A stretch of DNA of 63,958 nt, filler included, from Octopus bimaculoides (GCF_001194135.2; 7 parts of 6 records of this genome joined end to end with filler, not necessarily neighbours in it); one strand, 5' to 3'; positions 13,883 to 26,440 are shown, counted from the whole stretch's first letter. Numbers and translations: made by a program. The notes: generated by a model from the letters alone, not told the origin.

Positions 13883-14775
13883 CAAGGTCTGATCAATAAA
13901 TATCCGGACTATTGCCATAGTAACAAAGCTAAAAAGCACACAGAATGAAGCCACTTGGCAAAGATTGACCTTGAACTCTGCTGTGCATGTACACTTAATT
14001 TTAACGTTCTAGCTCACTTCCGCTATTTACAGCAGTGCTTGGAAGGAAGGTGTGTAGCATCTAATTGCCGCATTGACTTTGACAAAGAAAGTTGTCATGA
14101 TGATACCTGCTTAGAGGCCTATGCAAAGTTGCAGAAAGTGTATGGAGAGGAGTGTATGAGCCACACAAGTGTATGAGTGGTTCAAACGTTTCCAAGATGG
14201 TCAAATAAATGTCAATAGTGACAAACATTCTGGGAGACCCACAACCAGCAGAACTGAGAAAAATATCGCAGATGATTATGAGCAACTGTGAGGGGAAATC
14301 ATTGAATTACCATCCGTGAGTTGTCAGAGGATGTGCAGATTAGTTACGGTTCAGTTCAGTCCATTATCACTGAAGATTTGGGTATGTGATGCGTGTCTGC
14401 CAAGTTTGTGCCAAAATTGCTTTCAGCTGACCAAAAAGACACTCGGGTTTCAGTTGCACAAAATCTCCTTGTGTCGGGAATGATGAAAACTGTTTGAAAA
14501 CTTTGCGTAGGCCTTTGAGCAGGTATTGCCAAGCTTTTGGCAAAATTTGATACAGATTCTCTACTCAATGTTTTCTGTCATGGTCAATACGACACTCACA
14601 TGTTACATACCTTCCTTCCAAGCACTGCTGTAAACAGCAAAAGTGAGCTAGAATGTTAAAACTTAGGGCGCATGCACAGCAGAGTTCAAGGTCAATCTGT
14701 GCCAAGCGACTTCACTCCACATGCTTTAGCTTCATTACTATGGCAACAGTCTGGATACTTATTGATCAGACCACA
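13883..14775 (+). mobile_element. Internally deleted mariner element with long (about 170-180 bp) imperfect terminal inverted repeats
   Basis: TA + CAAGGTCTGATCAATAA at the left end and TTATTGATCAGACC at the right. Internal HTH-region remnant EAYAKLQKVYGEECMS..VYEWFKRF.DG...SGRPTTSRTE; no DDD domain. Confidence 0.85.
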
Positions 14776-14796
14776 TTCTCTGCAGCAGAAGTGTTA

Positions 14797-15105
14797 AGAC
14801 TGGCCTTTCTGGTGGTGTAAAGCACTCATGATGGTGTCACATAGAGCACCCATGCAGTGCCATGTAAGAGCATCCATGTGGTTCCACATAAAAGTGCCCA
14901 TGTGGCAGCATGTAAAAGCACCTGTTTGGTGTCACATAAAAGCACTCAGCACATTCTGTAAAGTGATTGGCATTAGGAAGGGCATCCAGCTGTAGAAACC
15001 ATGCCAAATCAGACTGGAGTCTGGTGCAGCTCCTCAGTTTGCCAGCTCTGGTCAAACTGTCCAACCCATGCCAGCATGGACAATGACCATCAAATGATGA
15101 TGATG
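14797..15105 (+). mobile_element. Family S2 element with internal ~22-bp tandem repeats
   Basis: Shares TTAGGAAGGGCATCCAGCTGTAGAAAC...CCAACCCATGCCAGCATGGA...(GAT)n with other S2 copies. Confidence 0.8.
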
Positions 15106-18100
15106 AACAGGCTCTTGTGTCATCTACAGCACAGACAAGACGCAGCAGCCAAAGAAAAAAACTGAAGCCTAAGTCTATGGAAACATCATTGGTAGCTTCC
15201 CACTCCAGCATTCAGATGATTTTTCTGGGTCTTTTCCTTCTTCATTTGTAATGTTATCTTTGGCTGACTATCAGTTTCATAATAGTCAAATGTATTTGAG
15301 AGTAAGCTGCACCTGAAGTGGAGACATTCTTGGCAGCTGTAGCATTCCACTTATATTATAACCCACATTAATATTTTATTGTATAACTGGTTAATAAAAT
15401 AGTGGTTCAAAAACAGCGTAGCACAAGAGGTGTCTTAGTGTGCCAGAGATTTTTTTTTAAATATCATTTAAGGATATAGAAAACCCAACCTAATGCTTCA
15501 GCATCTTGAAAAAAACATGTTATTGATAATTCTGTTATAGGTAGGTTTAGTAAATAAAACAATAGTTTTCTTCACTTTTTTTTTTTGAAGTTTTAACATT
15601 AAAGAGGTTCTTATTTTTAATTTTCCTTGTAAAATATATCAGTAATTTTTTGCTTGATCTGACAGTGCACCACAGAATCAAAAAAAATTGTTGGATTTTT
15701 CAAGGCAGAGATAGTCTCAATTCAATCTAAATCATAATCTACACACAAAAATAAAGGAATCCAATAAGAGTACTGAACTATTTTTATAACTGCTAGCTTC
15801 ATGACATTCATGGTATCAAATAAAGTACATGACCAAATGCATCTTTCTCAGAAAGTGGAAAGAATCAAGAGTTGGCCATAAAGTACATGAGGCAAGAGGC
15901 TGGAGTATAAAAATCATCATCATTTTTATATCTGCTTTTACATACTGGCAGGGACTGGACATATTCTGCTAGTCTAAGCCAGTAGTTATTCAGAATTACT
16001 GCTTTCCTAGGTGGGTTAGGTTCCATGTCTTGTCATATATTCCACTTTTTGGCATAGTTTCTAAGGCTCTAGATGCCCTTCCTATCATCACCCACTTTAC
16101 AGCAAGAATGAACTTTATTGTGATACAGGCACTAAAGAAGTTGTCTTCTTTCTCAAGACCAATGACCCCATGCTGTCTCCTTTCATTCCTTTACTAGCTC
16201 TCCCCCACCCAACAAAACCAAAGAGAGCTAGGTTTTCTTCATGTTGTTGTTTGCTTGTATCTTTCTTCCTCTCCTACACAACTGGACGTGTAAAAAGTGA
16301 CATTTTTCTATCACACTACCAGATGAAGGCAAATGAAGAATAAAGACCTGCATTGGTCTTTATTCTTGCTGTTCTTGATACCAGAATGGAGGATTAGCTG
16401 TCAGGAGGTTCATTGCAGCAATAAACATTGCTAAGTATAAAGGTTGCCTCTATTTTAGGCCATAAAAACATGGTAGAGGAATGGCCTTGAATCTCCTCTA
16501 ATATCATGCCCAGATTATCAGAGATTTAGCAGCCAGAGATGACTAACAGGTGGGTATAAGGGCTGCCTTGTACAAGTCCACAGCAGTAGCCAGACAGTGT
16601 TGATGTCATAGTCACATTGAAACTTTTATAGGCATAGCCTAACATTTTCTCTACTCTGCACCTAATTTACAAAGAGAGGATCTTTGCAGGGTTAAAATTA
16701 CAAATGGACAGATAGTTGTCTCACATGCTACCTGCCAAGGCTGAAGGTGCATCCTGTACATTGCATCAGTCTTTGATGTAAGAGTAATTGTAAATAGCAT
16801 AAAGTTGTCAATGGAAGAGTAGTGCAGTCTCTATGGCACCAGGTAAGATGATTTGGTAAAGAGCATGTCAGAACATACCATGTGGTGCCCAAGCTAATAG
16901 ACCAGTGCCTCTGGCACCAAATAGTTAGAATGACAGGGTAAACTAGACAGCAAGCAGGGAGTGATGGACATGCATTGCTATCTTCTTTCATTTAAGGCAG
17001 CATGATAGAAGAAAGGAGTAATAGAAAAGTAACGAAGAGACAGAGTAAGAGTGTACTGGAAAACAGAGATAGACAAACAGTGGCATGATGACTGTTGGTA
17101 ACAAGATTGAATAGAAACAACATGGTTAGAGGAGATACAAGAAGAAAATTGCAGTGGAATGTCAGTACCCAACCTGAATCTGAAGCAGATCTTGAAGACC
17201 AGGAACAAGGATAGACATGTTTCACTACATATTCAGATGTTCCAATGGAACTGCAATTCTGACACAGAAACATGCATTTCAAATTCAGCATGAACCGTAG
17301 GCGCAGTTCTCATGGCCATGTTATCTCCAGAAGCTTTGAATCTCAAGTCAATTTGACCTGAAGCCATTCTGTCACTTCAACACAAACTTCACATTTGAAC
17401 TTCTATTGGAGCAACCACCACAACAAATACGTAAATAAACGTGTTTATAACATATACAGAGTTTGAGTTCCAGGTGATTCACAGCACCAAAATAAAGTCA
17501 GTGAGCTGGATTTGTTAGGTCAATGCACTTACAGTTAATTCCTGCATGAAAAGAAGTCATATCCACTATTGTTAGAGACAAGATCCTCTACGTAGATCTC
17601 TTTTCTTTTTAACCACTACTCACTTTTAAAAAATGAAAGACCTAATGAATAATGCAGTTTACTGCCTGCAAATGAAAAATAATGATCATGGCTAGAATGT
17701 CTTTCATTATAAATTACAGTTCTACTTGATCAGAGTGGAATTATAATTTATACAGGCATAAGCAATAACTAAAACATAATCACTAAAAGTACTGCCTTTA
17801 CCAAAATCATTTCCTTGAAACATAGTCACAAAATAAACATTGCATTCCAAACACAGACAGGGAAAGAGGACATCACAATTTCATGGAAAATCTTAAAAAA
17901 GAAAAAAAAAGCAGCAACTTTCAGAAACGTAATGAAGAGCTCTAACACATATTTAGCAGAGAAATACTATATATTCTATCTGCTAAAACCCATTCTATAG
18001 AGCTGGTGTCAAAACCAGCAGAAATTTCTCACTGTCAAACCCCAACATATCCATCATTCTCATCTATTCTTCAATTTCACATCCACTGGATACCACACCT

Positions 18101-18146
18101 GATGGATTTAATTATAAATTGTTGCCTTTATAGACATATGCAATAT

Positions 18147-18346
18147 ATCATCATCGTCGTTTAACGTCTACTTTCCATGCTAGCATGGGTTGGACGATTT
18201 GACTGAGGACTGGTGAAACCAGATGGCTACACCAGGCTCCAATCTGATTTGGCAGAGTTTCTACAGCTGGATGCCCTTCCTAACGCCAACCACTCTGAGA
18301 GTGTAGTGGGTGCTTTTACATGCCACCAGCACGAAGGCCAGTCACG

Positions 18347-18349
<3 letters not shown>
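18147..18349 (-). mobile_element. Family S2 element
   Basis: ATCATC-GTTTAACGTC...CAGCTGGATGCCCTTCCTAACGCC, the reverse complement of the 9169 copy. Confidence 0.85.
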
Positions 18350-18399
<50 letters not shown>

Positions 18400-18493
18400 T
18401 GCCTGAAAATCAGAATAGTCACGATTTGAATGGCTTTAGTCATAGAATTGCTCAATCAGAGGTTAAACAACAACAACAATAATATATATTATA

Positions 18494-18712
18494 GGCTTAA
18501 CAGTGTGGTTGAGAAGTTCACATTGCAATCATGGGGTTTTGGGTTCAGTCCCACTGTGCAGCACCATGGACAAGTGTCATCTACTACAGCCCCAAACAAA
18601 CCAATGCTTTGTGAGTGAATTCAGTAGGGGCAAACTGTGTGGAAGCCCATTATATATATGTGTATATATGTGTGTGTGTGTTTATTCCGCACACAACAAC
18701 TTGACAACTGTT
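18494..18712 (+). mobile_element. Degenerate SINE family S1, partial
   Basis: GGGTTCAGTCCCACTG...GGACAAGTGTCATCTACTA matches S1 copies at 49962 and 59602. Confidence 0.7.
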
Positions 18713-20015
18713 GTTGTTTAAGACTAACATTGTAGGGTAAGTGTAAGAGGCTGAATCTGGCCAGTTTGAACACAAAGCAGGTAGAATACTTTTGCTGGTT
18801 ATGGCAGGTTTATATACTAATGTGTTAAGCAGATCTTATGCCAGTTTTGACACTGAATACTCCAAACAGTCACTGACCAGTACTACTTGCTAAATTATAG
18901 CATAAATGGCTAAGGATTCCACAGACACTTGTACACTTAACACAACATTCAGACATCAGAGTGATTATGCTTCACCAATATTTTTTTTCCTAAGCACTAT
19001 CACTAGCTACTGACATCACCCATCATTGTTTATATTCATGTTGTAAAGCATAGAGGCCAGTGCCTGTATCTCTCCTTACTACAGGAGTTCCCAACCGGGA
19101 GTGCCTGCATCCTTGAGTGAGAGTGGGGACAACAAAGAAGGAAAATATTTATCATCATCATTCTTTTAATGTCCACTTTTCCAAGCTGGTATGGGTCAGA
19201 TTGAATTTGCTGCAGATGATTTTCTATGGTCAGATGCCTTTCTTGTTGCCAAGTAAGGTAATATTTCCCCAAGGCCAGACATGTTTTCATGGAAGATTGA
19301 AAACGAGGGACAACACTTATGTAACGGTGACAATTGTTTACAACAAACACACACACACATACAAATATATATATAATGAGCTTTTTTCAGTTTCCATCTG
19401 TCAAATCCACTCATAAGGCTTTGCAGTGAAACTGAACCCAGAAGAAAGCTTCTTAATCACACAGCTATACTTACAGCAATCCCAAGGTGCCACCTAATGA
19501 GACTGAATCTGGAACCAAGTGGTCAGAGAGCTGCACCAGGCCTCTGTCTGATTTGGCTTGGTTTCTACAACTGGATGCCCTTCCTAATGTCAACCACTGT
19601 ACAGTGTGTACTGAGTGATTTAAACGTGGCATGGGCACAAGCACTTTTATGCAAAATTGGTACGAGTGCTTTTCATGTGGCATGACAGGCTTCTTTCAGT
19701 TTCCATCTATCAGATCCATTCAGAAGGCTTGGGGCTAAAGTAGCTAACAAAAATCGTTCGAGCTGTGCCAGCATGGAAAAGAAGATATAATACAATAAAA
19801 ATAGTGGGATGTGATTTGATGAAAATTTGGCTGCTATTTCAAGCAACCACTTGAAGGTTTTAGGTACCTTGCTTATTCCTATAAAAATATTTTTGATTGA
19901 GTTATTTTTAAATAATTTGCTGCAGATCAAATCTGAGGTGTGAATGACTGTACAGGGCCTGAAATGCTTAAATGGTATGAAAGGGGTAAGTTGAAAATGG
20001 AAAAGCTGGACTTAC

Positions 20016-21728
20016 CTTCTTTGGGCTTTTACTCAATAATTTAGTTTGACCAGATCCAGAGATAGAATATCTAGTATTTTTAGACTTAAATATTTTCCTT
20101 TCAGTTGGTTTTTCTTTTATTGTCTGACGGGTGTAAGTTTTAGCTGTTTTCATAGTTAATGATTTGTCATAAGTATCATCAAGATCAAAAATATCTGCAT
20201 TCGGAGAGTCATGATCATCATTGTTCGACACAGAATTACATGAGTCATTCATAAAATCAAAGTCATCATCTTCATCTAACTTAAACAGATCATCATATTC
20301 ATGGTGCTTTAACACATTGGTAGAATTAACTTCTTTCTTGCTGGGCCCATCAGATCCCGTAGAATCATCTTTGTCGTCCAGTGAAAACAATTTTATAGAT
20401 TCTTCATCGGAATGATCATTGAACATCTCAACATCAACCTCAGCAAAATTCAACTGGGATGATCCACCTTTCTCAATTTCATCTAAGCCTTTTCGTACCT
20501 CTTCAGGAGAAAGTGGAGGTGGCCCTTCATCACTACTTTCTGAAAAAACAGGGCTGCTTGGAGAAATGATATTTGGTTGCTTCTCTTCACTTACATTCAC
20601 TGATTTCTTTTTAATAATCTTATCAAATAACTCACTGGCAGTTTCCCTCGGAGTTTTCTTTAAACTTTTGATATTGTCCATTCCTTTTGGCTTACAAAGA
20701 AATATTATGGTTGTGCCACGTTTATTTTTCACTTCACTCCGAGAGATGACCGTACTGTTTGTGAAACTGTCTTGAGTGTCACATAAAACAGTGTTAGATG
20801 CATGGGCACTGATGGGTGCTTTAGTCTTGGTTGTTGATTTTACCATATGTTTAGAAGGAGAGCTGGTTGGAACAACAGACACAGGCAGTTTATGATTTGT
20901 ATATGTGCGGAATATAGGTTTCCGTTTAAATTTATAACTGTCATCATCAGTATTCTCTTCAGATGGAGGCAAATTGCTTAAAACAGATATCAGTTTCTCA
21001 GGAGAAGATTGAGCACTCAATGTGATGCAAGATGAAGGTTCTGGACTGTTGGAATGTTGGGTAGAAACACCAGAGTTATTTTGAGAAAGGAAGAATTTCT
21101 GTGAGTATGAATAATCACTGACCTTGATGGTCATTTTCTGAGGAGAAGAATCCAAAGAGAGTCGTTCTTGTGGACCACTGTGCAAATTAGTAAATTGGTC
21201 TATCGTAGATTGACGCATATTATCAGTTCGTTTAGTCGGACTTACAGAGTAGGTCTTAGCTGACCTGTACAATACTTTATCAGGATCTGTGTTAGGCAAT
21301 GGTTTTACTGCCGCAGGATCAATATTGTAGTCATTGAAATTCTTCTTGGTTACAATGCCAACAGCAGGAGCTGTGACAATAATATTTTTCTGTGATGCAT
21401 TTGAATGCAGAGGTACCATAGTTATGGAACTACGGCTTGTTCCTTTTAAGTCTTCAGATTCAAAGCTAAAAGGGTCATCAGAAATATCGTCATCAAAACG
21501 AGTTCTTTTAGATACTTCCATTTCTCTATCTCTGGCAATTTTTGCTTCTGGATCCCTTTCTCTTCTTCCACGTACTGCTGTGAAGGAAGTTTTTCCCCAT
21601 TTTTGAATAAGAGGTGATGCTTTTACTGTTAAGCTTTTATTATTTTTGTTATGTATTATATCATCAAAGGCACGACTTGAAGCAGATTCAGATGATCTAC
21701 CATACGTTTTCATGGCACACCGCTTCAT
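20016..21728 (-). CDS. WAPL: Wings apart-like (WAPL) cohesin release factor, large N-terminal coding exon (571 codons; exon 21742-20016)
   Basis: 602-aa ORF 19968..21776. MKTYGR...FDDII...KWGKTSF...DDPFSFES and the distal RKIFKSK...SPKK align by recall with the metazoan WAPL N-terminus (KTYSRK...FDEVF...KWGETTF...DPFGFDS; RKIFSGPKRSPTK). Acceptor tattgcAG| at 21744-21743 and phase-0 donor AAG|GTAAGT at 20015. The first 16 and last 15 codons of the ORF are intronic. Confidence 0.85.
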
Positions 21729-21913
21729 TTTAGTGAAGGGCGCTGCAATAGACAGAAAAAATATTATGAAGATCACATTGAATTAAAGAAATAGAGAAAA
21801 TAACTTACACACATATTGCAATAGGGAATAATATAGTACAGTATACACATAATTTACACAATTAAATAAAATGCAGTCATTAGTGAACATACTGAAGTAT
21901 TGTAGTGAGCATA

Positions 21914-23180
21914 CAGGGGTTGGACAAAATAATGGAAACACCTTAAAATTTCAAACAAATTTATTTTAATATGGGGTAAGACTGCCTTTACAGTAATTAC
22001 AGCTTGAATTCTATGAGGTATGGACTCATACAAAATTTGAATTGTTTACAAAGGAATTTTTGTCCATTCTTCAGTTAAAATAATCTCTAGTTCTTGTAGT
22101 GACGATGGTGGAGGATATTGACTCCTTACTTGTTTTTCTAAAATGCACCATAAATGTTCAATAATATTGAGATCTGGGGACTGTGGTGGCCAGATAAGAT
22201 GTTCACCTTCACTAGAATGTTCCTTGTGTCATTCAGTAACAACTTTAGCTGTGTGAATTGGTGCATTATCATCCTGAAAGATTGCGTTTCCCTGCAGAAA
22301 CAGATCCGCAACCATAGGATGAATTTGATCAGATAAAATGCTTTAAATAGTCTTGACTATTAATTCTGCCATGATGGGAAATCATTGGGCCAGCGGATTT
22401 CAAAGATATAGCAACCCCCCACCCCAGATCATCACAGATCCCCCTCCATGTTTAACTGTTGGAAGAAGGCAGTCTGGGTCAAATGCTTCTTTTGGCTGTC
22501 TCTACACGTATACTCGGCCGGTAGTCGGAAATAAGGTAAAGGATGACTCGTCCGAGAAAATAACATTCTTCCATTGCTCTAGGGACCAATTCAGTAGGTT
22601 TTTACTCCACTCTAAACGCTTTGCAACATTTGTTTTTGAAAGTAGTGGTTTTCTAATTGCAGCCCTCCCATGAAATCCGGCTTTATGCAGCTCCCGGCAA
22701 ACAGTTTTTGCGGAAACTGAGTTCTCAAAGTGGTCATTAAGCTCTGCAGTAATTTCAGGAGCAGTACTTTTGTGATCTTTTCTAACAATTTGCATAAGAG
22801 TCTGACGGTCCCTATCTGAAAGTTTTGGTTTTCTTCCAGAGTTTTGTTTTGATGAGAAAGTTTTTCCGTCTTTCTTAAAGGCTGTCATTGCTTTCGAGAC
22901 AGTACTTCTTGATAAACATTTTGGCTGTTTTCGTTATGCTAGCGCCTGCCATACGAACACCAACAATTTGACCTCTTTGAAAGTCTGATAGATCTGTCAT
23001 TCTAATGAATTTTAATTACCTTTTTCTGATGATATCTGAAAAGAAACAGCAATTTTAGCAAAACATATTAGGCAACACTAATAATAAATCAAAAAGCATA
23101 AAAATAAACAAGCTTTTGATGGTTTTATAAATATTCAAAATCATGATGCTAGGTGTTTCCATTATTTTGTCCAACCCCTG
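21914..23180 (-). mobile_element. Full-length (1267 bp) inactivated Tc1-like transposon, DD36E (Incomer-type)
   Basis: Perfect 30-bp TIRs (21914-21943 / 23151-23180) flanked by TA on both sides. Transposase remnant 23000-21966 (MTDLSDFQRGQIVG...SGRKPKL...FSDES...QDDNAPIH...WPPQSPDLNIIE) with premature stops and frameshifts; 36 residues between the second catalytic D and E. Confidence 0.92.
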
Positions 23181-23348
23181 TACAACATAGTAGAAATACT
23201 GTGCACTACAACAGAACATATCACCACAAAACACATTACAGTACATATACAGCAGAATAGTAGTACTCCTACTACTGTGTAAATATGTTTCACTTCAATA
23301 TTACAATACAGTAGTGAACACACAACAATACAATACTGAACATGGTAT

Positions 23349-23497
23349 TAGGGCCAGCCCTAGGGTTGCTGGCGCCCCAGGCAAGCTGAACTTCGGCGTG
23401 TACAAGCTGACGCTCATGGAAATTTCCTTGTCTTTGACACGCCCTCCTTGGTGCCCCGGGCGGCTGCCAGAGTTACCAGTACCTTAAGCCAACCCTG
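23349..23497. mobile_element. Short GC-rich MITE-like element (CAGGGCCGGC-type ends, Harbinger-like)
   Basis: Local GC island with degenerate ends tagggccagccc / gccaaccctg. Confidence 0.4.
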
Positions 23498-24929
23498 CAT
23501 AGGGCAATATAGTTGTGAATACTGTAGAACTGTAGTGAACATATCTGAACACAATAACCCTTTTTTTTTTTTATTAATAGCATAGCCAATACTAACTACA
23601 ATAGTGAAAATACTTTTAGTATGTTAGCATGTAACCACCTCAAGTTTGAAAACAAGTTTTATGTTATTTTATTAAACGCTCAGCACCATATCAGTATGGA
23701 GACACCACGATTTCAGAAAATGTTACACAAAATAATATCTTGGTTTATGGACGTTGTCAATCATACCTTACTATAGAAGTTTCTGTTGTTTGTTTAATCT
23801 TGGTCAGATCTAATTTGAACACACCATCAATTAATGGTATTTCAGCCGTGTCCATCTTGTTGTTTACTCAGGCATGGCTTTTTGATTAAGAAGCTTGCTT
23901 CCCAATCATATGGCCTAGGATTTGGTCTCACTGTGTAGTACTTTTGGTAAGTGTCTTTGACTACAGCCCTGGGCTGACCAAAGAATTGAGAATTGGATTT
24001 GGTAGATGGAAACTGAAAGAAGCTAGTCATATATATACAGTAATACCTTACTTTACGAGCAGTCTCCAGGAACAAATTAACTCGTATAGCAAGGCATTAC
24101 TGTATATGTATACATACATGTGCATGTGTATGTGTTAGTGTGTACCCTTGTCTTGACATCATGTGGTGGTTGCAAATGAGAATCGTCATACAAGTGAGCA
24201 TGTCTAGCTATAGGAAATTATAGCTTACTTGGAAACAGGTGATGGTTGCAAGAGGAAGGCATCTGGACATAGAAAATTTGTCTCAACAAATTCCATCTGA
24301 CCCGTACAAACATGGAAAAATGGACATATGATGATGATGACAACAATGATGATGATGTCGTGTGGGCATGTATTTGTACACAATAGCGTATTATCCAAAA
24401 CTTTCCTCTATTTTTTTAAGAAGATAACATGTGATTTGATATTTCTAGCAGGTTAAGCAACCACATACAGAGTTCCTCTTTGGCTTTTTCTCACGGAGAA
24501 TCACCAATGTGGGACACAGTGTGACAGTCAGGCATACTGCAATCAAAATTCTGTCTAGTCTCTTTTTATATCTACCAATCAATGGAGGATCCATTTTTGT
24601 TAAGAGGCTAAATGTAGCACTTGAGGTGCTCTGAACTAATTCTCTACAACATTCAAAATGGTAACTACATATGTAAGTCTTAGGGCAATCTAATTAAAGA
24701 AAACAAAAATCCAAGTGGTTAAAGTTAGAATGCAGAAATACAGCTAAAAATTGGAGAAATCAAGAGCAAATGAAAATCAATATAACAGTTTCATTCCAGC
24801 AGCTTGCAAAGACTTTAGGTAAAATTCCTGATAATAGTTAACTAATGCTATAATAATCTGGTTATAGGGCATAAAGAAAAATTTAAGATAGTTTTATGCA
24901 AGAAGGATCACATGATATCTAAGAATATT

Positions 24930-25107
24930 GACTTTGATATTGACTTGCTAAACAATGTTTTGAATTAATCATGCATTATCTCACATTTGATTATTTTTTA
25001 GAAGGGCATTGTAGAATAGGTGTGAGAGGCTGGATTTGGCTAATTTGAATATAAAACAGGTGGAACATTTGGGCCAGATGTGGCTGGCGTAAATGCTAAA
25101 GGATTAA
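24930..25107 (-). mobile_element. piggyBac-type MITE copy (family M1), partial
   Basis: Ends AATGCTAAAGGATTAA and shares the GTGAGAGGCTGGAT...TTTGAA.ATAAAACAGG core with other M1 copies. Confidence 0.65.
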
Positions 25108-25633
25108 AATTTCATGTTAGTTTATATCCAAATATGGACATACTAAAGACAAAGTTATTGCATTAAATTCTTGATTACTTTCAATCTTAATTGAACAGAA
25201 AGGGCAGTGTATTTCAATGGAAATAAGGTAAGTCTCTTCCAGTCTAAAACTGATAAAATATATATCTCTAGTCCATTAATGAAGCAGAACTATCTTAGCC
25301 CTTGAATACAATGAATCATAAAAACCTAATTTCAATACGACATAGAATAAAAGAATAGAATAGAATATTATCTCCTACCATTTCTAAAAACTTAAGAAAA
25401 ACAAAAAAATTTTAAAAGAGTAAAACTGAGGTAAATCACTTTCAGCCAAAAGTCAATTATTGTCTTTAATAAGGGTAAGGGTTGTATACATATTCAAGCT
25501 TTTGCATCTATTGTTAAATTAGTATTTAGTGTTTTCTTAATCTTTTGCCCCATGGCAGAAATTCCAATGTCTGCTTGTTTCTCTCTGGCCTCTTTATTAA
25601 AAAAAAACCTTCTAATAACCTTGTTATTGTTAT

Positions 25634-26214
25634 TTAACTCTTTAGCATTTAAGCCTCAGTTATATCGGGCCCAAATATTCTATCTGTTCTATGTTCAAAC
25701 TGGCCAGATCCTGCCTCTCACACCTACCCAACAATGTAAAATTCTTAAAATAAGCAATCCATCATTGAAATCTCAAAGCTACAAGATAATGCCTGATGAA
25801 TTCAAAACAAGCATCAACATCATCATCAACATTTAGCGTCCATTTTCCATGCTGGCATGGATTAGACAATTTGACTGGAACTGGTAAACCAGAGAGCTGC
25901 ACCAGGCTCCAGTCTGTTTTGGCATGGTTTCTGCAACTGGATGCCCCTCCTAATGTCAACCACTCCACAGAGTGTACCGGGGATCTTTCATGTGTCACTG
26001 GGTGCCTTTTTCATGTCACAGGCATGGGTGCCTATTATATGTTACTGGCAGTGGCCATGACTACGATTTCACTAAGCTTGATGTGTATGCTCAAGCACAG
26101 CGAATCACCAAGCCTCAGTCACTTGTCATTGCCTTCGTGAGACTCAACATCCTAAGACAATGTGAATAAATAAGCATTATGCTTGACAGAGTAGTCTGAA
26201 AGCTAATGGGTTAA
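25634..26214 (+). mobile_element. piggyBac-type MITE (M1) interrupted by a nested S2 insertion (about 25811-26160)
   Basis: TTAA-CTCTTTAGCATT ... GCTAATGGG-TTAA ends. The two halves rejoin to match the uninterrupted copy at 56382-56604. Confidence 0.7.
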
Positions 26215-26440
26215 GCCCCAAATTAGTAGTCATCAAACAGATTCATGAACAAAAGCATTCCAATTGTGAACATCTTGTCTTTCTGTACTTATCAAAGATC
26301 ACATTGTCCAATTCATCCTTTACTTTTCTTGAAATAGTAGCTTGTGGTTTGAGGGAGATTTCACTGCTATTTCTACCAAGTCAAACATAGAGGTTGCTAG
26401 GTCATCAATACTATCTGCTGCCTTATTATTATTATTATTA

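Noticed and set aside
16300-17340. Second WAPL exon or a processed pseudogene
   Set aside because: All frames are interrupted by stops and have no WAPL similarity; probably an old unclassified TE remnant.
19968-21776. The full 602-aa ORF as a single-exon protein
   Set aside because: Clear acceptor at 21743 and donor at 20015 lie inside it. The first 16 codons are a polypyrimidine tract and the last 15 are intron read-through. No nearby minus-strand AATAAA was seen to support an intronic poly(A) isoform.
22353-22888. Active transposase
   Set aside because: At least three premature stops and several frameshifts in the DD36E copy.
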